Below, one piece after another: positions 10,906 to 21,525 of a DNA stretch of 35,006 nucleotides (positions are counted from its first letter, which is position 1; each line of letters begins with the position of its first letter). The translations under genes were made by a program, and so were the position numbers. The stretch is taken from NCBI RefSeq assembly GCF_000787575.1, contig NW_012236508.1, positions 139,437 to 174,442 of the forward strand. Direction: 5' to 3'. Below the pieces are notes generated by a model. The model had not been told where the DNA came from. It was given only the letters and a program-made list of their open reading frames with translations, and did not search any database. The stretch is from Acytostelium subglobosum (Eukaryota).

Positions 10906-12462
10906 TCAATTGGCTGGTGTCGTTCCATCATTCTCCACAACATCTTGTTCTATCTTGTCTATTTTTGCAATATCCTGATCCTTTGGTTGATCCTGCTGCA
11001 GCTGTTCCTCTTCAACAACAACAGCATCTGGTGTAGAAACAACAACGGGTTGTACAGCAGGCATTAGAGGTGTTTGTGGTGGAGTTGGAGCCAGGAACTT
11101 CTCAAGATCATCTTTGTTCTCATCAATGACCACTTGTTCAATCGATACGATGGCTGGACCATCATCAACTTTGGGTGGCACAACAGTTGGTGGGAGTATT
11201 CCACTTGTCTTGTAGTCGTTCAACTGCTGTTGAATGGTCTTGTCGAGGTTTGTTCGCAGTTTGGCATCCTCCTGTATCTTCTTTTGCAGCTCTTCGTCCT
11301 GTCGCTTGCGAGCCAAACGCTCCTGATCGATCTGAGCCTGTCTCTCCAAGATGGCCTTCTCCCTCTCGTGTCTGTTGAAGGCGGTGGACAACTCCTCCTC
11401 GAGCCTCGGCAGCTCAGCCTTCTTCACCTGTTCATATCTAGTGACCTCCAACTCCTTCTTGTCCTTCCACTTGCCCATCTCATTGTCAAGATAGTTGTCA
11501 ATCTCAATCGATAGACCAACCTCTAGTGATTCAATCTTTGAAACTATTGAGTCTGTTGTTGTATGATTGGTGATGTGTGAGTGAGGCGATCACATGTCTC
11601 GTCAATCAATCAAACATACCTAATGATAAACCGATTGTCTCGATCATTGAGTTCATCTCATCGAGGTGCGCCAACTCGATATGTGCCTTCTTCCAGAACT
11701 CGGCATGGGCAATGCATGTGCGAACGAGTGGTCCGATCTTCTTGTCACAGTCATCGGCGCGCTCAGCCAGGATGGTGCCATTTGTTCTGACCTGCTTCAG
11801 CTTGATCTCGTAGGAGCGCAACAGTAGTGATCCATTGTAGAGGTCCACGTCCTGTAGTGACTCCTTGAGCTGGGCCACCGATGGCAGGTGCACTGTTGTG
11901 TTGATCGTGTTGCTCATTGTGTTGCTGACGGTGCTGCTCACAGTGTTGCTGATTGTGTTAGTGACGGTGGAGACGTTGCTAGAGAATGCCTGGATGGCCA
12001 CTGGTATATCCTTGCCGGCTTCCTTCAAACTCTCCGGGAAGTCACGTTTAATCGAGTCCTTGATCGACTCTGTCACTGCTGTCATTGGCTGTACTACATT
12101 GTCCTTGAATGCATCAACTACTGGTTGTATATTATTGGACAATGTATTCAATGGTGATGTTGCGGTTGTTGTCGTCGTCGTCGTATCTTGTGGAGTTGTT
12201 GGTGAGGTTGTAGTCGCGGAAACTGATGTTGGAGTCGCTGTCGCATTGGTAGTAGTGGCCGCTGATGTTGCTGTTGGTGTTGTTGCTGTTGTATTGGATT
12301 GAGGTGCACCTGATTCAGCTGGCTTATTGAACAATGTGTCCTTTAATGAGCCAGTGCTATTTGAAACATTGTTAGAACTTGATTGATCGATTGATTGATT
12401 GAGTGAGAGGCCTGCTAGGATACATACGTCTCCTCAAACTTCTTAACGAATGATTTGAACAT
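10906..12462 (-). CDS. Hypothetical protein: Ser/Thr-rich low-complexity N-terminal half, central helical segment, and a charged coiled-coil C-terminus. Exon 1 12462..12428, intron 12427..12357 (71 nt), exon 2 12356..11620, intron about 11619..11553, exon 3 about 11552..10906.
   Basis: ATG at 12462 followed by a GTATGT donor. A phase-2 acceptor AATAG|C joins to the ORF 11606..12334. A donor TTAG|GTATGT at 11619 and the acceptor CAACAG|AC link in-frame to an open reading segment upstream of the ORF 10906..11478 (..SIVSKIESLEVGLSIEIDNYLDNEMGKWKDKKELEVTRYEQ...). The exon-3 acceptor is ambiguous between 11552 and 11543. Confidence 0.5.
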
Positions 12463-12682
12463 TGTATGATTGAGATGATATCAAATGTTGTCGCTTCTAA
12501 CAAACAACTATCTTTCTAAGAGATCTCTTTGTTGTTGAAACTTGAATGAATGAAAATGATGAAATGCTTTGGAACTTTCAAAAAGTGGATATTTTGAAGC
12601 TTTAGGTCTTTGACCAACAAGTCAGACTTCGGAGATTAAATGTTATTATAATACATTTAACATACTTATATATAAAGGAAAG

Positions 12683-13105
12683 ATGTCAGACCAACAACCA
12701 CAACAACAAACAAAGAAAGTATTGTTTGCTTGCATTCAGAATGCAGGAAGATCACAAATGTCAGCAGCATTGTTCAATCTACATTGTTCTAACAAGGGAT
12801 GGACGGCTATTTCAGCTGGAACTAATCCCGCTACACATGTTCATCCTGCTGTCGTAGAGACGATGAAGGAGAAGGGTGTGGACCTGACCAACAACATACC
12901 ACAGAAGTTGACATTGGAGCTGGCTCAGACTGCCACCATCTTTGTCACGATGGGCTGTGGCGATGCCTGTCCCTACGTGCCTGGCATCAAGATTGTCGAG
13001 TGGCAGATTGAAGATCCCAAGAACAAGCCAGCTGAACAAGTTCGTTTAATACGTGATGACCTCGAGGCCAGGATCATTGACTTTATCAAGCAAGAGGGTA
13101 TATAA
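12683..13105 (+). CDS. Low-molecular-weight phosphatase-family protein of the thioredoxin-coupled arsenate reductase (ArsC) type; single exon.
   Basis: CX5R P-loop VLFACIQNAGRSQM. The downstream TMGCGDACPYVPG cysteine pair resembles the bacterial ArsC (pI258/Bacillus type) TLCGDAADKCP rather than the eukaryotic ACP1-type LMW-PTP. 140 codons, ATG..TAA. Confidence 0.75.
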   Translation: MSDQQPQQQTKKVLFACIQNAGRSQMSAALFNLHCSNKGWTAISAGTNPATHVHPAVVETMKEKGVDLTNNIPQKLTLELAQTATIFVTMGCGDACPYVPGIKIVEWQIEDPKNKPAEQVRLIRDDLEARIIDFIKQEGI

Positions 13106-13309
13106 ACTATCATCATTATCATCATCATCGAATGACCTCCAACTCATGGGCATCGACGTTAAAGTGTGATACCCCCCTCACTCTATCAAACAAAAGTGTG
13201 CTTTTGCTCAAGTTTGTTTATTCATTCATTCAATCATGTGAATGAAAGAAATAGAGATAGAGATAAAGATAGAGATAATATAATTGTATATATATATATA
13301 TAGAATAGG

Positions 13310-15519
13310 ATGAAGCATGCAATCAAGAGACGATTCTTGAAGTTTACAGGCATACTTGGATTCAAAGGTGCACAGGTCAGCAACAATGCACCGAATGATG
13401 AACCTGAGGAGGTTGGTCCGGCAATACCAACAGAGCCAACGTTTACAGAACCAGTAGAGTTGGAACGTGATGAACTAGAACAAAAGATGAATACTTTTAA
13501 GCATTATTTAGCATCACTTGCTCCATCATCATCAACTACCTCTGGGCTGGCTGATAATACAGACCTGTTGACAACACCTTTGGCACCACCAACTTCGCGT
13601 AACATTGCAGCATTATCACTTTCACCATCTGCATCATCGTCGACAATAGACTTTAGCAATGGTAGTCTCTATCTACCCAATGAGTTGATGCACGCCATCT
13701 TTTGCACCGTACTCTCAAACTCCAACATGCTCATTGACACTTCACAACAAAGACAACATCATCAACATCTACATCAACATAATCAACAACAACAAACAAA
13801 TGGAAGTGTATTGGCAAAGGTAAGAGAAAGTGCATCAATCAAACATAGAAGTGATAATGACTGACATGTCAATGATATAGGCAATACCAATAATAAGTGG
13901 ATTGACATGTGCAAGTATAAGTTGCACACAAACAACATCACCGGAGGAGTTGGTGCAACATCTGTTTATTCAGTTACCAGACTTGTCGGCACAGAAACAA
14001 AAGAAATCGTCAAAGCAGAGGACTTCAGTGTATAACAGTGGCGGTGGCGGTGGTGGCAGTAACTCGAGCAACAACCCATTCAGTCCACTTGACCAGATAT
14101 CATCATTCCGATCAAACATCAACAATGTTGTTGGCAATGTCGACTCGCCCTTGGCATTGAGTCGCACAGAGTCAGCTTCGTCATCGGTGCTCCAGCAACA
14201 GATGCTTCAACAACAGCAACAGCAACAACAACAACAGATCCAAGCTGCGACTCCCTATCGCATGGTGGACGTACTGATTGTCGATGACATTGACATTGCA
14301 CCCATGACAACAAGACACACTCTTCTTCAGATGATGGTCTATCGAAAGGTTGCATTCAAGGGCAACACATTTGACACACCGCCCTCGCTTGTAGTCATTG
14401 CTACAGCGTCCTCACTATCCAGCCGTTCATTCCTCAATCAGAGCATTGAACCTTTATCACCACTGATGGTATGTAGACACACCGCGACGAACATGAGAGA
14501 CTTCCTCAAGCTAACAACAATGTGGACTACCTACACAAACAGCTTGATTGCTTCTTTATCAACATCAGATTATATGAACACTTGAGACTACCTCAAGTGA
14601 CTGTACAGAGCGATCCATTAATATCAACCGCTGAATCAAAGTATATACTTGCACCAAGCCGTATCCAACATCTAAGGCAACTAATTTCCAAAGTACACAT
14701 TACACATGTATGTTAATCAGTGAGCTTTTGTTTGTTCACATTTGCGTCACATCTGACTCCAATCAATCAATCATCAACATAGGATATTGAACAATACATT
14801 AGAACTATTATCGTAAACCTTCGTAACCATCCACTCGTTACGTTTGGTCCTTCACCCAGGGCAACTCCAACACTGACTCTTGTTTCAAAGTATGTATTCC
14901 TTTACAATCAGTCTACACTCACTTTGCATGCAACACCTAACATATACATTACCCTAGGACTGTGGCGCTATTGTCTGGACAAAAGTTTGTTACGCCAACT
15001 CATGTGTTGACTGTAGCCACCAAGGTATTGAACCATCGTGTCTTCCTATCAAACCCATTCCCACTGGATCAGAACCAGGGAGACATGCCCAATCAAATGG
15101 ACATGGACACGAACAATGTTGTCTCAACCTTTACACCGATTCAAACATCACCATCCACATCGCCCAGCAGAATGACACCATCGATAATGGTTCACGAAGC
15201 GCCGGGCAGGAACAACCCACTCATGGAGACCTCTGCATCGTTGCCCTGTGTCAAGACTCATAAACGGTCGACATCAATCCTTTCACAAGCGACACATCTT
15301 CCTCCACCACCAATCTCCATCACAGACAACAGAGAAGAGGACTCATCCCAACCCATAACAAATAGCGGCAGCAATTCACTTGCCAAGTCCAACAACAACA
15401 ACAACAATAACCAGGCTGATCAACAGGGATCGATGGCGACTGGAGCATCAACTAACAACGAAATAGACTCATTCACAGTCATCAAGATCATCCTGGAGAA
15501 CCTTTCCCCGCCCATATAA
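13310..15519 (+). CDS. Degenerate MoxR-like (AAA_3 family) AAA+ protein with poly-Q and low-complexity insertions. Proposed exons 13310..13819, 13881..14468, 14543..14640, 14958..15519.
   Basis: Exon joins are phase-consistent: AAG|GTAAGA..ATATAG| (61 nt); ATG|GTATGT..CAAACAG| (74 nt); TCAAA|GTATAT..CCCTAG| (317 nt). The product shows a Walker-B/sensor-1 region VLIVDDIDIAPMTTRHTLLQMMVYRKVAFKGNTFDTPPSLVVIATA (compare MoxR [47 protein letters not shown]), then PLSPLMLDCFFINIRL (compare PLPEAQLDRFLLKLHV), then QKFVTPTHVLTVATKV (compare RDYVTPDDV sensor 2). The Walker A looks degenerate (..NGSVLAK|AIPIISGL across an intron). Confidence 0.5.
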
Positions 15520-15646
15520 ATGCAGTCACGTCAAGATAGACAGTATAGATATCGATGTGATATAAGAGAGGAGTCATTGTTTACTACATCGAGATGATCC
15601 ACCAAACTACACAACTTGGCATACATAAACATAAAGAGTTGACTAG

Positions 15647-16895
15647 TTAGTCAATGTCATTCTCCCAGTTTCTTCTCTTTTGTTCCTTCTTCTCGAAATC
15701 GCTCTCCCACTTGTCCTTGTTCTTCTTTGATGACTTCTCGGCCACCCTCTCACCGTCCTTCCAGGAGTGCATCTCCATTCCAGCGGGCGCAGAGCCGTCA
15801 ACGTGGCCCTTCTTGACGTCGTCCCAGTTCATGTTGAGCACCGTGCCACCCGACTCGTAGTAGGACTTCATCATGGCACGTCGCTGCTCCTCCGATCCGG
15901 TGGAGTATATATCTTTGAAGAAGCTGGTGGATGGGTCACCTTCCTTCTCGTCGCCGGCCTCGATGGCGTCCCAGTTCTTCTGTGTTTGGTAGGGCGAGGG
16001 AACTCCCACGGCCTTGGCCTCTGGTGTGTCAACGGTGCCAAGTGGCTTGTCGACGCCTGTGAACTCGAGGTTGTCCCAACGGATCGCTCTGGACTTTTTC
16101 AGGACCATCTCCACCTTGGTGCTGTAGTACTTGGTCGTGCTCTCGCTGGGTACAACCGGGTCAAAGAACTCAATGTCCAAGCTGTACTCACTGCCTGTGA
16201 GCATCTTGAAGGAGACATTGATCGACTTGTCCTTGATTTCGATTGAGGAGTTGGTCGCTGTGACATACTTGGCATAGACGGTGAGGGTAACATGTGTGGC
16301 CGTCTGATACCACTCGTGCTTGACCTTGGTTCCAGATGATGGCATGGGCAATGCTGGAACGGGCGCTGGGGCTGGGGTAGCCGCTGGCTTTGCAGCTGCT
16401 GGTGCCTGTTCTGGCTTTGAGGCAGCAGGTGTTGAAGCAGCAGCAGGCTTTGGTGCTGAGGCTTGACCAAGCTCAGCCTTGGCCTTTCTAAGCCATGTCT
16501 TGAGTTGAGATGACTCTGGGTCCAATGTCAATCCCTTCTCAAATACACTCTGTGCAGTTTCAAAGTCCTCCAATTCGAAACAAAGTTGTCTGTAGTGTAA
16601 TGTAGAGAGTTAGTTAGGGAATGAGAGAATGATTGAGTAGCAACACTATGACAAGACGACTTGATTCATACCCTTTCTTCAAGTAACTCTTTGGATTGTT
16701 TGGCTCGAGTGTGATACAGGTGTTGATGTCGCGAAGTGCATCATTGATCGAGTCGAGCTTGTGATGGCACTGAGCTCTCTTGAAGAACGTTTCATAGTGT
16801 GTTGGCAATGCTTCACAGGCCTTGTTGTACGACTCCAAGGCTTGATCAAACTCCTCATCAATGAATAAGCAGTTGGCTTTGTTGAACTCCTCCAT
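15647..16895 (-). CDS. SGT1: SGT1 (suppressor of G2 allele of SKP1) homolog: TPR + CS + SGS domains. Exon 1 16895..16672, intron 16671..16590 (82 nt), exon 2 16589..15647.
   Basis: TPR N-terminus MEEFNKANCLFIDEEFDQALESYNKA...PKSYLKKG|QLCFELEDFETAQSVFEKG. CS domain VKHEWYQTATHVTLTVYAK...KYYSTKVEMVLKK. SGS motif KNWDAIEAGDEKEGDPSTSFFKDIYSTGSEEQRRAMMKSYYESGGTVLNMNWDDV. Donor GG|GTATGA, acceptor ACTACAG|, phase-consistent. Confidence 0.85.
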
Positions 16896-17065
16896 TCTCT
16901 CTATCTATCTACTTTCATACAAATAATTAGCAATCAATCAAAGTGACTTGAACAGACGCTTTGTTGAGTTGTCCTTCAAAGACTCAAGTTGCGGCAGATC
17001 TGGGCTTCCCTTTAAAGAATTATTACAGAAATCTGTATGAAATTTCACTCTTTTTTTACACTTGT

Positions 17066-17104
17066 GGGCAAGGGTAAGGGCAAGGGCAAGGGTAAGGGTA
17101 AGGG
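17066..17104. repeat. Hexamer microsatellite (GGGCAA/GGGTAA) x 6.5 in the intergenic spacer between the SGT1 5' region and the 3' end of family gene B1.
   Basis: Direct reading: GGGCAA GGGTAA GGGCAA GGGCAA GGGTAA GGGTAA GGGTT. It is the source of the spurious Arg/Val-rich ORF 17062..17271. Confidence 0.9.
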
Positions 17105-17105
17105 T

Positions 17106-19296
17106 TCAAAGTTTAATGACCTTATGTTGTGAAGGGTTATTATCGATCATCTCTTCAAGTTCACGCCTCTTCAATATAGCGCCAGTAGTCAGTGAAGTCT
17201 TTCCGTATGAGGCCAAAAGACGATCGCACATTGCTATGATTTTGAGATTGCCTCCACGGCAAGACTTGTGACGGATTGAATTGAGCAATGGGACCAACAT
17301 GTTTGGCTTCCATCCAACTCGTTCAAATGGTGAGGTTGATTCACTGGCACGGTCTCCCTCAAACAAGTAACATAACAATTGGTGATAGTTCCTTTTGGTG
17401 GCGTCGTTGATACGGCGAAGTGATGGAAGATAACGTTTGAGCTGTGATGGACTTGTGCAGTTCTGATACACAACACGGATGATGTCAGTATCTCCTCTGA
17501 CCATAGAATAATCCACCAAGCGTGTCAGTGATTGCGTCTTGTCATTGACAATGTCATCCACACTAATGTATCCCTTGTCAAAGAGATGTGCCAGAACTGA
17601 AGCGTTACAGTTCTCCACCTTGATGATGTTGATTAACTTGTGTTTGGTAACCGAGGCGAGCTGAACAACATAATCGATCGATTCAAAGTCACTTTGCTTG
17701 TAGCAGTTGTTCATCATCGATTCCAAGTCTCTGCAGCTCATGTTGTGGACGACACTGTTTGGGTGACTGTCTTCATCATTGGTGTATGTGGTAAAGTGAT
17801 TGATGATCCACTTAATGACCGATATTGACTTTGATGATGCGATCAACAGCAATCTGACAATATTCCTCGAAGAAAATGACCTTGGTTCTGGATTCACAAT
17901 GTTGGCAAACTCGATGAATGACTCCATTGATATCTTGTTGTCTCCGGGTAATCCAACAACTTCAAGCAAAGAACAAAGGTGATCTATGGTTGGTTTGATT
18001 GTTTGATCCTTGGCCATGATCCTCTTGACTAGCTCCATGTCACGCTTCTCAATTGCACATGACAGAGCTCCACGATAATCTGATATGAGAGTCTTCCATT
18101 TGTCATTGTTACTCTCCTCCAACAACTTATCGACCAACACTTTGTTTCCAATCTTGATGGCATTACCCAAGATATTCTTACAATTAAGAATGATTTGGGG
18201 AATGGCCATCAGTCGCTCAATTAGGTCAACCGACAACAGATTTGAATTGATCACCAAAATGTTGATTGATTTGATTCGATCGGAAGGCAGTTGATCGAGG
18301 ATGAAGTTGGCAACTCCCAAGTGTTGTTGGGACAATGCTACTAAGATGAAATCAGTCGCCATGATTGTTCCAAAAGCCTTTAGCTCATTGAATATCCTCT
18401 CCACCATTGCAAGATGTCCATGACTGATTGAGCACGAAAGGGATGACTCTAGACTGAACGATTGATCTTCTAGGCGAATACGACTGAGTACCAAGTCCAG
18501 ATAGTCCCCTCGTCCACAAGAGCATATTTCATTGATAAATGATTGGACATAGCCTGATCTATCCTCAAACAATCGTGTCATTGCAGTCGATTCGACAAAG
18601 TACCGAAAGACTGATGTAATGTTGTGATTGATCGCGTAGATACATATCCTTAGGTGGTCGTCATATGACAAGATACCATGTTGATCCAGTAACTCGACCT
18701 TTTCCAATGCCCATGGTTTGGTGATCCAGGAAAGGTTCTCGACTTCTGTGTATTTGGAGGTGTCGAGTTTGGCATCACATTGTATGAGCTTGCGAAGGAA
18801 AGATGGATGTTGGACAAAATCCAAGGGGATCTCCAGTCGACCAGACTGAAAAGTGATGAGGACATACTGATCAAACAATCTCTCCCATTCAGGATGAGTG
18901 CATGTCGATACATTCTTGACAAAAGTAGCGCTGCGACGTGCAATAGACATTCTTGTATTGGCCATAAGTACGTCGACAGCTCGTTGGTCACACATCGTAT
19001 AGGCCATATCTAGTAGTTCTGTGTTCACAATAGTGTTGTTATCAAATGTTCGAGAGGTGTATGATTGTAGGAACCATTCCGTTGCACCATACTGGATATA
19101 ATCTATCAAACAATGATTTTCCAACAACTTTGAGCCTTTGATCACTTGATCACTCTCCACACCAAGTGACTTGTGTACCAATCCAACATGTTCCATTATA
19201 AACATTCCAAGCTTCCTGTCTCTGAACACTGAATGGACAGTCGTCTCCAACTGATATGAACATTGTGGATTCATTGCAGTGTCGATCGTATGTAGT
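17106..19296 (-). CDS. Family copy 1, B half (C-terminal exon of the A1-B1 gene); ankyrin-like helical-repeat protein of a lineage-specific family.
   Basis: ORF 17106..19274 extended upstream to the acceptor at 19297/19296. Conserved motifs: CSYQLETTVHSVFRDRKLG, IKGSKLLENHCLIDYIQYGATEWF, CTHPEWERLFDQYV, HPSFLRKLIQ, GWITKPWALE (variant), LAHLFDKGYISVDD..., LKRYLPSL. Confidence 0.7.
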
Positions 19297-19353
19297 CTGA
19301 TGTTTGATTGATTAGCAATGAAATCAATACATGACTGTATGAGTGATACTTAC
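19297..19353 (-). other. 57-nt intron joining A1 to B1: donor CAACA|GTAAGT at 19353, acceptor ACATCAG| at 19297. It removes the apparent TAA stop (19352..19350) of the A1 ORF.
   Basis: Canonical GTAAGT donor overlapping the stop codon; a CTAAT branch-like site; phase 2 to phase 2, giving ...QQQRQ-Q-LHTIDTAMNPQCSYQLETTVHSVFRDRK in frame. Confidence 0.65.
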
Positions 19354-21360
19354 TGTTGTCTTTGTTGTTGTTGATGTTGATTAACCAATGCATCAATCTG
19401 ATCAGTGCATAGCTTGATCACTCTGGTTGCTCCACACTTATAACCTTTGTTCAATATGGAATGAATGGTTCTCAATCGGTGTGAGACCGACATGCCGTTG
19501 AATAGCGGTGAGTTGAAGTGATACTCCAATGAGTGATAGGCATTGTACTTGGCCAGTTGGGTAAGATTCTCGAGACTTGGTCGAACCATTATCTTTGTGT
19601 CTAGATGTTCAAAGATAGAAAGTTGTTGAAGTGATTGGATAAAGTCTGGTCTATCCTGTATTAATGCCTGGTCCACCGCAGATTGTATTGGTACGCCTTC
19701 CAACTGCTCTCGTGTGTACAGCTTGACAACATATTCGACAACGTCCCAATGATCATTGCACATTGCATCATCCAATATTGACGGATCCTGTCTGATATAG
19801 TCCATGTGATTGAGCAAGAATGTTACATCGTCCAATGATCCACATTGTAATAGTTCGCAAGCCATAGTCTTTACCGCATCATCCTTCATTATCTCTGTTT
19901 GCGGGAAGAGTAAACACAATGTCTCGCGACAACACCTCTTGATCGCGTGTCTAAAACATTGAGGACTGTAGGCAATGTTGAGTTGAGTGTGGAGTAGTTG
20001 CATCACCTGGGCCGAGTGGCCGGCCGCCAATATCATTGCCTCATTGAGATAAGTGGGCACCTTGTGTCTACAATTCACAATGAACTGAGAAACGATATCA
20101 GCCGTGATGTTGCTCTCTGGCTGAGCCATTGCCTTTACCATGTTGAAGATTGAAAGACCGCTGAATCTCATCTGTGTTGCTCTGTTGCAGCTGATTGCGT
20201 TTGCCATCTCTTTGGACATCTTTCGACAGGTCTTGGCGTCTAGCTCCACAACCATATTGACATTTGCCTCGACACTGACAAGGTCATCGTGTCGGATCGC
20301 TGCCAACAGTGTGACCCTAAGCTTTGCCGGGTCCATTGAACTTGGATTGGGAGGTGTTTCAAAGCATGCTCGGACGTAATGCTCAGAGTTCTTTGTGATG
20401 ATGGTGTTACCAATGTACTTCTCAAAGATGTACTTGATAAACTCAACATGACCATGGTCCCATGCAACCTTGACTACATGGTTAATGTCATTCCTGAGGT
20501 ACCTGGTGATCCTCACTGATCTCATTAGCAGCTGAAACATTTCAATGTTACCTTGCTTGGCACATTGACAGAGATAGGAGGATATGAGCGGGTCTTCAAT
20601 TACCCATGATGGATGGTTTTCCAAGATGTATTGTACACTGTCCATCTGGTTGTACTTGACACTATGTCTTAGTGCTTCGCTTTTAAGAGTCTTTAGAGAG
20701 TAGAGGCAGCCAAACTCTTCATGAAGCACTTTGAGCATAGCAACACTGATGCCACGACCACGTATAAACTTGAATGGGTCGATGAGCCCATTTGAGTGCA
20801 TATCTATGGTCATGTGTTGGAGTAACAGTCGAACCAGTGACTCGTTGCCTGTGACCACAGCCTTGATGAGACCAGACACACTCAGACATTCGTGGATCGA
20901 CTGCTGAGTGAACGGTGTGAGGTATTGTTGTAGCAGATCAAAGTTGTCACGTCTGAATAGTTCTGCCAAACTCTCAAAGTCAGGACGGATATTTGGATGC
21001 TTGAGCAAATGTTCAAACACCTTTCTGTTGTTGTAGCGCACTGCACTTGATAACAGTTTGTTGTTGTGTGGGTAGTTGTTGTTGTTGTTGTTGTTGTTGG
21101 CCACGCTGTCGAATGTCTCGATGAACATTTGAGTGGCATTGTATTGCAACATCTCTATTAGATTGCCATTGGCGTGTAGCTTGGCACCTTTGATCGTTGA
21201 CTTTATCAATTATATCACCAGCCACAAGCATGCGTTCGTGATGGTACTTGTCATTGGCGAGGTTTATCAATCGACTGTGGATATCACTAACATGTTTAAA
21301 GATCAATCTACACAACACTCTATTGTGAAATACTAAATGAATACTACTATTATCTTTCAT
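19354..21360 (-). CDS. Family copy 1, A half (N-terminal exon of A1-B1). N-terminal 60 codons (21360..about 21215) are out of frame with the rest, so this is a possible pseudogene or a sequence error.
   Basis: Conserved start context ACAAACAAATAATGAAAGAT..SSIHLVFHNRVLCRLIF in the ORF 21013..21384. Downstream, the conserved IKSTIKGAKLHANGNLIEMLQYNATQMFIETF continues in a different frame (ORF 19350..21209), with the break at about 21203-21215. Confidence 0.5.
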
Positions 21361-21525
21361 TATTTGTTTGTTATAATTATCCATGTTTGAATGAATGAAA
21401 AAAGCAAGTTGGGGGAAGGATAAGTCATCATCCGCGGATTTCCATGAATCTCAAAAGATCTATATTATCATTATTCGTTCATTCAATTCAAATATATAGA
21501 GATAATAAAACATAACAAATAAATA
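21361..21525. promoter_or_regulatory. Putative shared bidirectional promoter between the divergently oriented A1 (minus) and A2 (plus).
   Basis: 165-bp AT-rich spacer between the two start codons. All A copies share the start context (A)CAAATAAATAATGAAT(G/A). Confidence 0.3.

Noticed and set aside
17066-17104. Possible telomere or subtelomere
   Set aside because: The GGGTAA/GGGCAA unit is not a permutation of TTAGGG-type repeats. It has only 6.5 units and is flanked by unique genes on both sides.
17062-17271. ORF beginning MWARVRARARVRVRV
   Set aside because: An artefact of translating the (GGGYAA)n microsatellite and the antisense of the B1 3' end.
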